Below, in pieces: positions 25,701-35,116 of a DNA stretch of 64,000 bases (within the stretch, counting starts at the first letter, position 1; every line of letters starts with the position of its first letter). Below the pieces are notes generated by a model, which saw only the letters and a program-made list of their open reading frames with translations, was not told where the DNA came from and did no database searches. A program made the translations under genes and the position numbers. The DNA is from a virus, in the IMG/VR virus record IMGVR_UViG_3300045988_062804, one strand, 5' to 3'.

Positions 25701-27442
25701 TGGGACTTAGCCATCTTGACTTTAAACTGAGTACCAGTGAATAGTTGATTGAAGTATGCTTGTCTTAATTCAAACTCTGGACATAGAGCTGCATATCCTT
25801 CCAATACTTTATCCTTATTAATGTCTTCACATCTTCTATCAAAGTCATGTGTTAGAACTCCGTCATTGTCTAGGAATCTTTCTACCCTATATGTCTCAGC
25901 ACCAGAAGGAAGCACAGGTAAGTGACTTGTATTCTCTAGTCCGATTGTAACTGCTTGAGCTAATGTAGTAGGTATTCTCTTCTGTCTTACAAAGAAGAAT
26001 CCTTTAGTATACCTCTTTAGCTCTCTAACGGCATCCTTGCTAATTTTAATATCAAATCCAATTGGAACTGTACCACTATCAGCTAATTGATTGCCATTAT
26101 ACTTAATTTTAATTACACCCTTAGAGTTTTCATTCTGACTATCCAGCTTGTATGTTTCCTTGTTAATAGGGATGTACTCTCTATTGGCTTGGATAATAGC
26201 TATGTTGTTTGTACTAGTTGGGTCGAAGTCCTTCTTAAATAGAGGATAATCTTCCCAATCTATCCTATCAGTATCACCAGGTATAGCTAATCTACTAATA
26301 CCTCTAATATTAAATACTGGAGATAAAGTATAATCATTAAGAATGTATACTACTCCTAGTCGGTAAATCTCATCATTCCAGTATCCAAGTCTATTATAGA
26401 TGTTCATCACATTATAATACTCATACTGTCCTGATTCATCCTTATAATCCTTATCAACTCTACCTATATTGTTTTCTACATTTAGCTCTGGTAAGAAGTG
26501 TAGAGATAGGTCTGTAAGCTCCTTATATTCAATATCTGGATTAGCTACGTTACCTAAGAATAACATATTCTGGCAAGTAGTCTGTGCTGCTGCACTATTA
26601 ACCACATTGTATGCTACGTTAATATCATTGATACTAACAGCTTGTACAGTTTCAAATCCAGTAATACTAATCTTAGCTGCATTGTTATATACAGCAAATT
26701 GCTTCATAATCTTAAACGATGTAGTCATTTCATTTCCATCTATATCAGATGTACTTCTTGTATAGTAAACTACTACATTGTTATAAGATGAATCTATGTT
26801 AGTTAGTAAGAATGAAGCTGACTTATAACTGTTTTCATCTCTAATTCCACCTTGTATAGAGGATGGGTCATTCAAATTACCAATATGGCAAGTTACTATG
26901 CCTGACTCAGCTATAAAATCTGTCTCATTCCCATCTGAATCCGATAACTTAAAGTAGAACACATAATTACCAACTCTTAAATTACCACTGGTATTTAATC
27001 CCATGAATGTAAGGTTAGCAATATTGTTAGTCTTCTTGTAAAGAGATATGTCAGATTCAAAGGAATCTATATCATATATATTAGTGTCGTTATCTCCTTC
27101 TCTATCTACAATCTGATATGTATTCATACCAGTAGATGAGAATCTTGTGTTAATCAACTTAGGATATGTACTTCCGTCATTAAGGATAAGGTTAACTGAA
27201 CCATCATAAGATTGTTGTGGAACAATATCAATAGGATGGTTCAGGTCAAAACTGAGTAATTCTGTATCCAGGTTTATTAAGCTACCTTTAGGATACACAA
27301 TTACTCCGTTCTCCCTTATATCTTCATTAGTTCTCAGAACCCTTAAAGGATTGTACTCGTAAACTAATGCTCCCTTCTGTTGAAGTTGATTTAATCCTAA
27401 GTCTAGGTCTAATACCTTACCACTTAGTGATTTGAAATCCAT
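22751..27442 (-). CDS. Giant (1563 aa) tail structural protein; positional equivalent of the crAss distal tail (muzzle-type) protein
   Basis: An uninterrupted ORF, TAATG-coupled to the upstream 1047-aa gene. Composition is beta-rich (N/Y/T/V). The assignment rests on size and conserved crAss gene order (MCP ... IHF-like pair, ~1000-aa protein, ~1500-aa protein). I recognise no motif. Confidence 0.45.
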   Translation of the reverse strand: MDFKSLSGKVLDLDLGLNQLQQKGALVYEYNPLRVLRTNEDIRENGVIVYPKGSLINLDTELLSFDLNHPIDIVPQQSYDGSVNLILNDGSTYPKLINTRFSSTGMNTYQIVDREGDNDTNIYDIDSFESDISLYKKTNNIANLTFMGLNTSGNLRVGNYVFYFKLSDSDGNETDFIAESGIVTCHIGNLNDPSSIQGGIRDENSYKSASFLLTNIDSSYNNVVVYYTRSTSDIDGNEMTTSFKIMKQFAVYNNAAKISITGFETVQAVSINDINVAYNVVNSAAAQTTCQNMLFLGNVANPDIEYKELTDLSLHFLPELNVENNIGRVDKDYKDESGQYEYYNVMNIYNRLGYWNDEIYRLGVVYILNDYTLSPVFNIRGISRLAIPGDTDRIDWEDYPLFKKDFDPTSTNNIAIIQANREYIPINKETYKLDSQNENSKGVIKIKYNGNQLADSGTVPIGFDIKISKDAVRELKRYTKGFFFVRQKRIPTTLAQAVTIGLENTSHLPVLPSGAETYRVERFLDNDGVLTHDFDRRCEDINKDKVLEGYAALCPEFELRQAYFNQLFTGTQFKVKMAKSQFGKKYFDKSGTHFYNLSYVTNNSTQDETYNIMAIGDNVKALKGKKQLFSARAGEAEEAWRVSYYNYTNKSSNARNLLRGSWGPYIGLEGYNTNKMSLIDIKTPNYEENLLDTYFEIRYEDSSAFYAMCNRMLWDDLDEDGNTMIAKNLFRGDCYIGNYTHRMCRNFQDSAAPINDDIVDQMSWKDNYTIGDSEKNGKINRGDVNAIKMGHWVTIKVCSNVNLSMRSIDMSYTSELGLTGKARGFYPLQAMSVTGESKIPESFVINGGINSTTSDKYYYELPNVPAIKNKFHIRVMYSDINVNDSFKNGYRVFKLMNYRDYPLTYGSIVKLVEWFGSIICVFEHGVALIPVNERAVAGEGAGGNIFINTSNVLPENPKMLSDTFGTQWSESVIKTPYYVYGVDTVGKKIWRTNGQLFEVISDFKVQKFLNDNISLTEKEKTPIIGIRNVKTHYNRFKQDVMFTFYDDINTLEENVWNLCYNEVMQKFVTFYSWVPSYSENIDNIFFSFDRNTSKTITKITSNYPLISIQGGAVVDNVLTVVDGKAKLGNLQLNLDISGSNIEYSIANDRVRNKFFITNGNQVSVNANSVGDSRWTIPIKAVVYNQGTDLVEGEVRNVVKTLYSNVTVVTKMRYDLLTTSFWKHGQAGLMPTRKPISPCYWYGKQHPFELEFIVVDNPSVHKIFNNLQIISNKTQPESFHFEVVGEVYNFAKDKKNMYFRQEATKHLYQYNGADIVYNHDYLDVIPEQRDILYSTTKYKDMSVMFPLLYSRVDSLNDIEDHYQSMTSAGRDYQSISGSEIVHDNQLNEFKIATHVKACPFKKRYLQEITQDRYSSLIAAGYTNVLVQNGKWYEVMEYGRINGNMDYLEDKWDIQIPSITYWAKNELAWTVKDKDGNTYPPLNLVNNPLPESMTALNITSNSDIPSELRDRGYSADFLSLDVNKWSNERKETRIRDKYIKIKVRYTGDELAIITALKTLYIVSYA

Positions 27443-30400
27443 TACTCGTATTTGTATATTGATTTACTTCCAAACCCAATCTTATACGCCATATCAGGTG
27501 CATGGCTATCTTTCTTTTTAGTCCACCTTCCAATAGCATTAGTTGTATCTGTGATATAAATACCATTAAAGAACCCATCAGGAACTTTGCCCGACATTTT
27601 ACTTAATGCATAAGAGTTAATAAATCTTGAGTTGAGACTATACCCCAATGAAATAGTACCTCCCCTCCAGTCATACAGCTGAGTATCAGAACCCATGGTC
27701 TGATATGTACCGTCACTATTAGTAGCTAACATCAATGACCCATCACTGTTAGTCCCAACTCTCACTCCCACGTGTATTTTATTCCTCTGAGCATCGGTTA
27801 GTTCTGTAGTTGGTAATGAATAATACGAGTACGCGCTGGTATAGCAGTTTAATATTACAGAGTCATTATCAAACCTAATATTATCTCCATACTCTATGTA
27901 GGTAGATAGGACTGTAGGCATATGTACTTTGAATAATGGAAGATAATTCTTAAGTTCTTTTATAGCAGCCATCCATCTGGTCATATGGGTTTCTACTGAG
28001 ATTGAGCTCCCATCCAGAAAGAAGTCTACATCAACATCCTTTCCAGCATTATTTACCTGAATATTAACGTCACATGATGTGTTAAAAGCATTATGGTATA
28101 CAAACTCAGAACCGTTAGGTCCCACAAAGTTTGACACCTTGGAACTTTTACTAGCTACCAGCATTTGGCTTAAGAAGCACTTTAGCATTGCGTCTACTCT
28201 TATAAGTCCTGTAGAAGTCAGGTCATGTTTAGTAGTCTTCTCAGAACCTAAGTTAATAACATGGGGTATTCCGTCTCTGTCCTTCCAGGTTGCCAAGAGG
28301 AAATTATCCTCACTAGCCACTTCGCTTTTGCTTCTATACCATGCCCCAGAATTATATGGAAGTCCTCTATTCTTACTATACCCGTAGAACAAGGATGCAT
28401 GGTTACAGTCATGTCCTCCAAATATACCTATAATCCCTTCCCCCATGCTGGCTAAACATGCCCTTAGTCCATCATCATCAGCTCCAGCCCCGCCATTTGG
28501 ACCTTTATAACTTCCTTCTGTATGAGCATTACTTCTTAAGATTCTGGAATTGTAGCAGCAGTAATCCTCGTCACCAGTAACACAATATAGAGTATCACCT
28601 GTCTCACTAAACGAGAATAATTTACCTCTATCCTGTTGTGACATATCAGACCTATATATTGGCATTAGTTTCTCTACATCTGTTGTTATAGACTTCACTG
28701 GACCATTAGAAGCTATAATGTTTCTAGAAGTGTTAACAGTTCCAGTAAATTCACCCTTAGAAGCATTATATGTTAAAATGCCTACCTCAGACTCAATATT
28801 GGTAATCTCGGAACTAAGTGGAGAATTATTACTAAAAGTTACCTCTGAGTTGTTGGGAGTTCCAAATGTGGCTCTTGGAGAGTTCCCAAAGAATCCTGAT
28901 ATTACTTTCTGGTCAGCTTTACCAGCATATAGTCTAGAGTTATAATCATAATCTACAGAAGGTCTGATTGTAACTTCATAAGCCCCCCTCTTCCTTGTAT
29001 TATATCTGTAATTTACTTCAGATGTGGCTGAAGGAACTTCTTTTATGTAGTCAGATGGATTAACAATAGCCTTAGTTACAAATGAGTTAGAGTCATTAAC
29101 TTTTATAGCTAGCTCTATGTTACCAGGCTTTACAGAGCTTCCTACTTCATTCTTAAGCCCCAGTAGTACCTTACTTCTATTACTTCCATTAGGAAGTCCA
29201 GTATTGAAGTCTGGAATTTCCTCGTAGAAGTCATTAAAGTACCCACCAGTGTAAATTAATTTATAGCCTACTGTCTTCTTAACTCCAGCTACATATCTAT
29301 CAATTCTAACTATATAAATCCAATTCTTCTGGATTGTACTATCATCAAATGGAATAATCTCTTCAAAGCTACCATTATAATACTCTTTAGAGATTGTATA
29401 TTTATAAGCGCCGTTTAGGTTCTCGGCATTATTAGCTTCAGCAGAATCAGTAAGGCTTATAAAGGTAAACTCTATCTTCTCAATATCAGAATCCTCATTA
29501 AGGTTGTAATAATCATATCCCCAGCCAATCTTCAGATATGTATCAGTAACGAAGAATCTCCACTCATCTAATACTTCTGAATTAGTTCTAATAGCGTCAA
29601 AGTCTATAGTTCCGCTCTTAGCCATTCTCTCTAATACTCCATAAGGACAAGCAGGCATAATTTTGTATTGAGTCTTACCAGTCTTACCACTCTTTATAAT
29701 GGTAGATTTAACTGATGATGAATTAGCTTCAATTAATCCAACATCATCTGGATTGTTCTTAGTCGTACCTTTAAATACTCCAGTAGTTTCTCCAGAGAAC
29801 TCCACACTGATAACTTTAGTATCATCATTACATGAGTACTTCCTTATCAGGTTAAATGTATCAAAGGTCTTTAACTCAATTACTAAGATTAATGCTCCAG
29901 ATGATTTAGCACTAAATACTTGGACTAGTTCCTTAGACTTAATAACATCCAACATAGGTGTGTTACTATTCTCATAAATCCATAGTCCATTGTTGTATAT
30001 CTTTAGATTCTTTTCATCTATATAATCAATACTACCACTACTATTTATAACTCCCAATCTTAACTTGATAGCCCCCCTATTAATTGCTTCTTTGATAGCA
30101 GCATCAATAGTATTGGCAACTATTACAAATCTATCTCCAGGATGAAATATCTTAACTTCATCTGAATTTTTAACTTGGAATAGCTTCTCCTTGTAATATT
30201 CCAGTTCTATGTAAGGAACACTTCCCTTCATAGTTATGAATTTAGAGAACTCAAATTCAATTGGAGTAACATTTAGGTCTTCTCCCTCATACAACTGTTG
30301 AGGAGATGGGAATGAACCTATCTGACTCTTACCAGTGATTGGGTTATGAGCTGCAACGTAAATAATACCTCCATGTTCCTTCATTCCTACAGGTACATAT

Positions 30401-30585
30401 CCCTTATCGAGATAGGCTGTATGAACTTCTCCATTTCCCATATCATTCTGTAATACAAACTCATTACCATTGTATGTTATTATAGTACCATTTAAGCAGT
30501 TTGTTAACACATTACTGGGAGTAGTTAATGGGTGTAAGTCCATTATTAAACCCTCACCAAAGGTATTAATTGCTTCTTTTCTCAT
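27442..30585 (-). CDS. Large (1047 aa) tail structural protein; positional equivalent of the crAss tail stub/ring protein
   Basis: An uninterrupted ORF directly downstream of the two small IHF-like candidates. The assignment is by synteny only. Confidence 0.4.
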   Translation of the reverse strand: MRKEAINTFGEGLIMDLHPLTTPSNVLTNCLNGTIITYNGNEFVLQNDMGNGEVHTAYLDKGYVPVGMKEHGGIIYVAAHNPITGKSQIGSFPSPQQLYEGEDLNVTPIEFEFSKFITMKGSVPYIELEYYKEKLFQVKNSDEVKIFHPGDRFVIVANTIDAAIKEAINRGAIKLRLGVINSSGSIDYIDEKNLKIYNNGLWIYENSNTPMLDVIKSKELVQVFSAKSSGALILVIELKTFDTFNLIRKYSCNDDTKVISVEFSGETTGVFKGTTKNNPDDVGLIEANSSSVKSTIIKSGKTGKTQYKIMPACPYGVLERMAKSGTIDFDAIRTNSEVLDEWRFFVTDTYLKIGWGYDYYNLNEDSDIEKIEFTFISLTDSAEANNAENLNGAYKYTISKEYYNGSFEEIIPFDDSTIQKNWIYIVRIDRYVAGVKKTVGYKLIYTGGYFNDFYEEIPDFNTGLPNGSNRSKVLLGLKNEVGSSVKPGNIELAIKVNDSNSFVTKAIVNPSDYIKEVPSATSEVNYRYNTRKRGAYEVTIRPSVDYDYNSRLYAGKADQKVISGFFGNSPRATFGTPNNSEVTFSNNSPLSSEITNIESEVGILTYNASKGEFTGTVNTSRNIIASNGPVKSITTDVEKLMPIYRSDMSQQDRGKLFSFSETGDTLYCVTGDEDYCCYNSRILRSNAHTEGSYKGPNGGAGADDDGLRACLASMGEGIIGIFGGHDCNHASLFYGYSKNRGLPYNSGAWYRSKSEVASEDNFLLATWKDRDGIPHVINLGSEKTTKHDLTSTGLIRVDAMLKCFLSQMLVASKSSKVSNFVGPNGSEFVYHNAFNTSCDVNIQVNNAGKDVDVDFFLDGSSISVETHMTRWMAAIKELKNYLPLFKVHMPTVLSTYIEYGDNIRFDNDSVILNCYTSAYSYYSLPTTELTDAQRNKIHVGVRVGTNSDGSLMLATNSDGTYQTMGSDTQLYDWRGGTISLGYSLNSRFINSYALSKMSGKVPDGFFNGIYITDTTNAIGRWTKKKDSHAPDMAYKIGFGSKSIYKYE

Positions 30586-31168
30586 ATTTTATAAGTTCAT
30601 AGTTGTTACTACTAATAAGTATGTCCTTGAACGTACTTGGATTATCTCTTACTAATGCAACTTCTAAATCATTGCACTTCATTGTATCTTTGAAGAATGT
30701 ATATCCCATGTCTGTGATGTATCTGTATCTTACGATGTATTTAGACCAACTGTAAAACACTTTAGCCTCATCGAAGACCTTCATACCGAACTTATTATGG
30801 AATATGAAATTCTTCTTCTTTCTTCCTCTTCCAGTGGTGGACATAACTATAGATTCATATTCATCTTCAGTTAGTCCTATATAATAGTACCCATCCCACT
30901 CCTTAACTTTCTTAGAGTATAATACTCTTAGCTTCCTTCTTAACATTCTTCTATAATAGTTGTAATGTTTAATAGAATCACGTGTAAGTTGTCCGCAGTA
31001 GAACCAGTATCTATACTTAGTACTACTAATAAGAGTATCACATCCTCTAAGATTATAATAATATAGCATTCTCCAGCCGTATTCAACAGCTCGTTTAACA
31101 TCCTCTGGAGGTACAGTCGGGAATTGGGCTATTAGGTCTGGTAAATAATCATTGACACTTTTTAGCAT
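30566..31168 (-). CDS. Small basic protein (200 aa); second member of the conserved crAss IHF-like gene pair (tentative)
   Basis: It is rich in R/K/Y, TAATG-coupled to the upstream gene, and lies before the ~1000-aa tail gene. The similarity to IHF/HU is not convincing by eye. Confidence 0.25.
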   Translation of the reverse strand: MLKSVNDYLPDLIAQFPTVPPEDVKRAVEYGWRMLYYYNLRGCDTLISSTKYRYWFYCGQLTRDSIKHYNYYRRMLRRKLRVLYSKKVKEWDGYYYIGLTEDEYESIVMSTTGRGRKKKNFIFHNKFGMKVFDEAKVFYSWSKYIVRYRYITDMGYTFFKDTMKCNDLEVALVRDNPSTFKDILISSNNYELIKYEKRSN

Positions 31169-31608
31169 TAATAATATTGTTTACCTTGATTTGTGTGTTC
31201 TAATATCTTATCTCTATGCTCAGGGTCAAGATATATTAGCTTCTCCCTCATAACTCCCTTAGATTGGAAGTGAAATACCATTTGATATGCACAGAAGTTA
31301 GATGTCAGAAAGTCTACCTTAGCCCACTTACCGTTTCTTCTTGCCTTAGAGAACTCGTCCCTCTCGAATCTCTTCATCTTCAACTCAGCTCTCCTAGACC
31401 TAGTCGGGAGGGTAAATGTAGCATTATTCTCAATTATATCTTCCAAAACCATATTCAAGGCACTCTTAAATATCTTCTTAGCGATAACTTCCTTGTGCCT
31501 ATTACCTATTAATTCCTCACATGCCTTTGAAGTCATCTTCATCTTCTTAGTAGGGAAGGAGATGAATAACTCATCTATATTCATGGCATATCCTGTAGCG
31601 TAATTCAT
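31168..31608 (-). CDS. IHF/HU-like DNA-bending protein candidate (146 aa from the preferred start)
   Basis: The preferred start is ATG 31608 (MNYATGY...), which forms a TAATG overlap with the upstream stop. The ORF-track start at 31626 would overlap by 19 nt. The segment KEVIAKKIFKSALNMVLEDIIENNATFTLPTRSRRAELKMKR, followed by a basic arm, resembles the helix-helix-strand-arm layout of HU/IHF. The position matches the IHF-like genes reported in crAss-like phages. Confidence 0.35.
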   Translation of the reverse strand: MNYATGYAMNIDELFISFPTKKMKMTSKACEELIGNRHKEVIAKKIFKSALNMVLEDIIENNATFTLPTRSRRAELKMKRFERDEFSKARRNGKWAKVDFLTSNFCAYQMVFHFQSKGVMREKLIYLDPEHRDKILEHTNQGKQYY

Positions 31609-32297
31609 TATTTTACAAATTTCCAAGTCTTATTAAATATCTTCCTATTCCAGCTTGTCTTAGCGTCAAGGATTTCATTCATATCATTCTGGTTGATATA
31701 CATTGGAACTCTGGCAGCATCACATAGTCTGTACCATCTTTGCTCAAGAAGTTGTGCCTCTTGTAACATACCTTGATTATGTTTACTCCAGCCCTCTTTA
31801 AACCTATCAGTATAAGCACAATAACAAGCTATTGCATCCTTTTCTTTCTCATTGATAAAGGGCAATCCGTCATCGTCTAATAGTACCCCCTTATATAATA
31901 TATTAACTGAGCCATAGTTCTTATCAAAATAAAGAGTATCATTGACTCTTTCATACTTGGCTAGTTTACCACTAATGTAGAATGGGCTGTTATAAACCTT
32001 ACGTCCCTCAATGTAATTCTCAATAAACTGTGATTGATAATCTCCATTAACTGTATCATTGGTAGTATATCTCCAATCCTCAAAGTCATATGTTACGGCT
32101 TCAATAAAATCACAATTACATGGTAGTGTAACTGTTAAGGTTTCACAATCTATCTTACACCTATATCTATATAGTTTAGTTTGTCTATTACCTATCTTAT
32201 TCCAGGCAATTAAACCTATTTCCTCAAACTCTTCCGGAGCTAACTCTATTCCATATAATAGGTTAGCTTGAGCATATGCTGACCTAAAATCTTCCAT
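31608..32297 (-). CDS. Hypothetical head-tail connector-region protein (229 aa)
   Basis: A clean ORF in the operon between the capsid-accessory genes and the IHF-like pair. I recognise no motif. Confidence 0.7.
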   Translation of the reverse strand: MEDFRSAYAQANLLYGIELAPEEFEEIGLIAWNKIGNRQTKLYRYRCKIDCETLTVTLPCNCDFIEAVTYDFEDWRYTTNDTVNGDYQSQFIENYIEGRKVYNSPFYISGKLAKYERVNDTLYFDKNYGSVNILYKGVLLDDDGLPFINEKEKDAIACYCAYTDRFKEGWSKHNQGMLQEAQLLEQRWYRLCDAARVPMYINQNDMNEILDAKTSWNRKIFNKTWKFVK

Positions 32298-32302
32298 ATA
32301 AT

Positions 32303-32977
32303 TTAACGAGGTGCTTGATTATTAGGTAATATAGGAGCTGCTAGCTGTCTATAATAGCGTAGCTTTTTCTCTGTTAATCTTTTCTTTATTTCAGCGTCGA
32401 TGAAAGTCATATTATTAATGTCTAATGCAGAACAACATCCATAAGTTTGTAACTGACGTGGATCTTTGAATATACCTACCACAGATACTTGCTTTATAAC
32501 TGGCAGATTGAATATCCAGCAATCATACATATTGTTGGCATTAGGAGTAACATCAATATATACATAGGGTCTATTCTTAGCCCTCTTTCTATATTTATGA
32601 TACTGCATTACTGTTGGGCTTATGTACCATATAAATGGCTGACCTTTATCAACAGAACCTATATATTCAATTCCTCCTCCGAACTCAGTTAGTAACTGTG
32701 GTATTTCAAAGTGGAATGTTGGCGTACCATCTGTTTTATTGCCACAGGTACAGCTCTCTATATCCTTACAGTCTACGTTGATACAATTAATAGACATTAA
32801 TAAATCCCTCTTAGGAATAAGCCCTTTCATGGAATATTCCTTAATGATTTGCAATCTTTCATCTACAATATCATCTTCTAGTTGTTCTATTGATAATGTG
32901 TTTGTAGTAGTATAACCTCTAAGTCCAGACACTATATCATTATAGATTGCAGATGCTAGTTTAAAATAATATCCCAT
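32303..32977 (-). CDS. Hypothetical head-tail connector-region protein (224 aa); possible adaptor/tail tubular protein
   Basis: It is the first gene after the terminator at 32983-33020. A Cys cluster is present (NCINVDCKDIESCTCGNK). The role is guessed from position only. Confidence 0.7.
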   Translation of the reverse strand: MGYYFKLASAIYNDIVSGLRGYTTTNTLSIEQLEDDIVDERLQIIKEYSMKGLIPKRDLLMSINCINVDCKDIESCTCGNKTDGTPTFHFEIPQLLTEFGGGIEYIGSVDKGQPFIWYISPTVMQYHKYRKRAKNRPYVYIDVTPNANNMYDCWIFNLPVIKQVSVVGIFKDPRQLQTYGCCSALDINNMTFIDAEIKKRLTEKKLRYYRQLAAPILPNNQAPR

Positions 32978-32982
32978 AAGTA

Positions 32983-33020
32983 TAAAGTAAAAAAGGCGAA
33001 GGCTTAATTGCCCTCGCCTT
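32983..33020 (-). terminator. Intrinsic terminator after the capsid gene group
   Basis: On the minus strand, AAGGCGAGGG-caattaag-CCTTCGCCTT forms a 10-bp stem including one G-U pair, running into TTTTTT. It starts 5 nt after the stop of the 373-aa gene. The next ATG lies only ~11 nt beyond it. Confidence 0.75.
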
Positions 33021-33025
33021 CAGTT

Positions 33026-34147
33026 TTAAGCATTTGCTTGAGTGACTGTAATTTCTTTAGCTGCTACAGCACCAGTTTCGTCCTTTACAGTAACCTTTAC
33101 TAATGCACTGCGAGATTTACCAGTTCCATTATCTGTACCAGTAATACCAACCTTAGTCGCACCAGGAGTTACAGTAATCCAATCTGCTTCTGTCTCTGCA
33201 TCTACCCATTTAACAGTTCCCTCTTCAATAGTAGGAGTTATTTCTTGTTTAGTACCAGCCTTTACAAGATTAATATCCTGAACTCCACTCTTAATAAAGA
33301 TAGGTTTCTTCTCTGTAGTTAGAGTACCCAGCACAGCTAATGCTGCTTCGAACTCTGCAGCGATAGACTCTAGTACATAGAATACATGAGTAGTTTTAGA
33401 TGTAACTTGCTGACCAACAGCAGCACCTCCGAATAGACCTCTATCTACTGTGTAGTAAATAGTATATTGGTTGTACTTCATTCCTGGGATAGGAAGTTCC
33501 TCTTGGTTTACAGCTTCAAATCTTCTAGCTTCAATAGTAGGTAATCTAAGGTCTTTTAGGATATGAGTATAAGTACCGAATCCTTCAACACTCTTAGTGA
33601 TTGTACCTTCGATAACATCCTCAAATACTTCATTAGTAAGTGGGTTGTTAGCAGCTACGTTAAGTTTTTGAATCTTAGCCTCAGTGAATAATTGATATTC
33701 GTCTACTCCGTGGATTATTAGCTTATCGCTATTAACCTCAGTCTTGATATATTTGTCACCATAGAAAGCCTGAATCTTATCAATAACTCTTTTAATTTCT
33801 TTAGCAACATCAGTTGCAGCAGTAGAACCAGAAGTAATTCTGAACTCGTAAACAAAAGGCTTACCTTTGAATACGAAGTCATTAGAGTAGTATGAGTTCT
33901 GGCTTCCAGATAATCTGATGTATAACTTCAACCTATAGATACCTACGCCTGGGTTAGTAATAGTGAACTCTGCCTTACCAATAACTGGGTCAGAAGCAGT
34001 TCTCTTATACATCGCACTTACGTTCTTCTTGAGGAATTTGTTTACACGTCTTACCTCAATCTCGTCTGAACCCTTAACGATTTTATCTAAACCAGTGGTT
34101 ACATCTTTCAGTGAGTTTAATACAATAGTGTTAGTGTACTGAAACAT
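33026..34147 (-). CDS. Capsid-associated protein with a C-terminal BACON-like Ig domain (head fibre/decoration candidate)
   Basis: The C-terminal ~62 aa (nt 33029-33215) read VKWVDAETEADWITVTPGATKVGITGTDNGTGKSRSALVKVTVKDETGAVAAKEITVTQ. This fits the BACON pattern (W.tv.p......v.v..N.tg..R.a.v.v.......i.vtQ). It lies in the MCP transcription unit. Confidence 0.55.
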   Translation of the reverse strand: MFQYTNTIVLNSLKDVTTGLDKIVKGSDEIEVRRVNKFLKKNVSAMYKRTASDPVIGKAEFTITNPGVGIYRLKLYIRLSGSQNSYYSNDFVFKGKPFVYEFRITSGSTAATDVAKEIKRVIDKIQAFYGDKYIKTEVNSDKLIIHGVDEYQLFTEAKIQKLNVAANNPLTNEVFEDVIEGTITKSVEGFGTYTHILKDLRLPTIEARRFEAVNQEELPIPGMKYNQYTIYYTVDRGLFGGAAVGQQVTSKTTHVFYVLESIAAEFEAALAVLGTLTTEKKPIFIKSGVQDINLVKAGTKQEITPTIEEGTVKWVDAETEADWITVTPGATKVGITGTDNGTGKSRSALVKVTVKDETGAVAAKEITVTQANA

Positions 34148-34155
34148 AAATTAAA

Positions 34156-35106
34156 TTATTTTTTGGTTTGTGACTGTTGCTGAGCTGGATTTGCAATAGT
34201 CTGATTAACTGCTAAATTAGTTTGAAGCCTTGGGTCACCTGCGTTCTCCAATAATAGCTTTGCCAGCTCATTTATAATCTCTTGACACACATAATCTGGA
34301 AACTCCATGACTTGTGATGTATCTTCAACCATTTCAATCTGGTCTTGTGTTAGTCTAATTTTTTGAGGAGTCTTAATGTAATCAACAAATATATCAGTTA
34401 ATTGAAATACAGAAGAATCCTTGCCATACCTAATTTCAAGTCTAACTTGAGATGGATTTCCATACCTATTAACTCCTGGCTGTTCTACTAAATCTACTGA
34501 TTTACCTCCAATAGTAATTTTAGTTGGAAGTGAACCATCTGTACCAGTAGTTTGCTGAATAGTTGTGTTTGGTGATATACTTCCCTCTCCAGCAGTAAGT
34601 CTTACTGGATTAGTAGGCATTGTCGTAGCACTATTTACGTTGTGTATGAAGTAATAAGGATTTCTATAAGAGGGTTGCATATAGAAGTTCCTTATTATCT
34701 GTGACCAAAGGTCTGAGGTTAAACGCTTAGCACCAATTTGTACATAAGTACCAGCGTCATAGCACTCGTATGTCTTTACTACTTTGAAATTGCATACACA
34801 ATTCAAAATATGTAAATAATCCAATGGGAGATTTACTTCATAAACAGCCCCATACAGTGAGTTAGTTTGAGAACTAACAGCAGCGTATGTATTTGTAGCC
34901 AGAGTAGGCTGGAGGATGGCAGTAGATTTTAAAACTCTAATGTCATCTGTTGATTGTTGATTTACATCATAAATGTTGTACTTCTTATTAATGTATTGGT
35001 ATATCGCCTTATTTAATAAGTAGTTAAAGTCCTCAAGTAAAATACTTGGAGCAGCAGTCTTATTCATTTCAACTAATGCTCCTCTGTATACTTGTTTCGC
35101 TGTCAT
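34156..35106 (-). CDS. Hypothetical capsid-module protein (316 aa)
   Basis: A clean ORF two genes downstream of the MCP, inside the same promoter-terminator unit. I recognise no motif. Confidence 0.75.
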   Translation of the reverse strand: MTAKQVYRGALVEMNKTAAPSILLEDFNYLLNKAIYQYINKKYNIYDVNQQSTDDIRVLKSTAILQPTLATNTYAAVSSQTNSLYGAVYEVNLPLDYLHILNCVCNFKVVKTYECYDAGTYVQIGAKRLTSDLWSQIIRNFYMQPSYRNPYYFIHNVNSATTMPTNPVRLTAGEGSISPNTTIQQTTGTDGSLPTKITIGGKSVDLVEQPGVNRYGNPSQVRLEIRYGKDSSVFQLTDIFVDYIKTPQKIRLTQDQIEMVEDTSQVMEFPDYVCQEIINELAKLLLENAGDPRLQTNLAVNQTIANPAQQQSQTKK

Positions 35107-35116
35107 TTAGGTAATG

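Noticed and set aside
31609-31626. Longer starts of two small ORFs: 31626 for the 152-aa ORF, and likewise 39623 for the 115-aa ORF
   Set aside because: Both would overlap the upstream gene by 19-29 nt. Internal ATGs give the TAATG overlap (31608) or a 5-nt gap (39590), which is typical of every other junction here. The longer forms cannot be strictly excluded.
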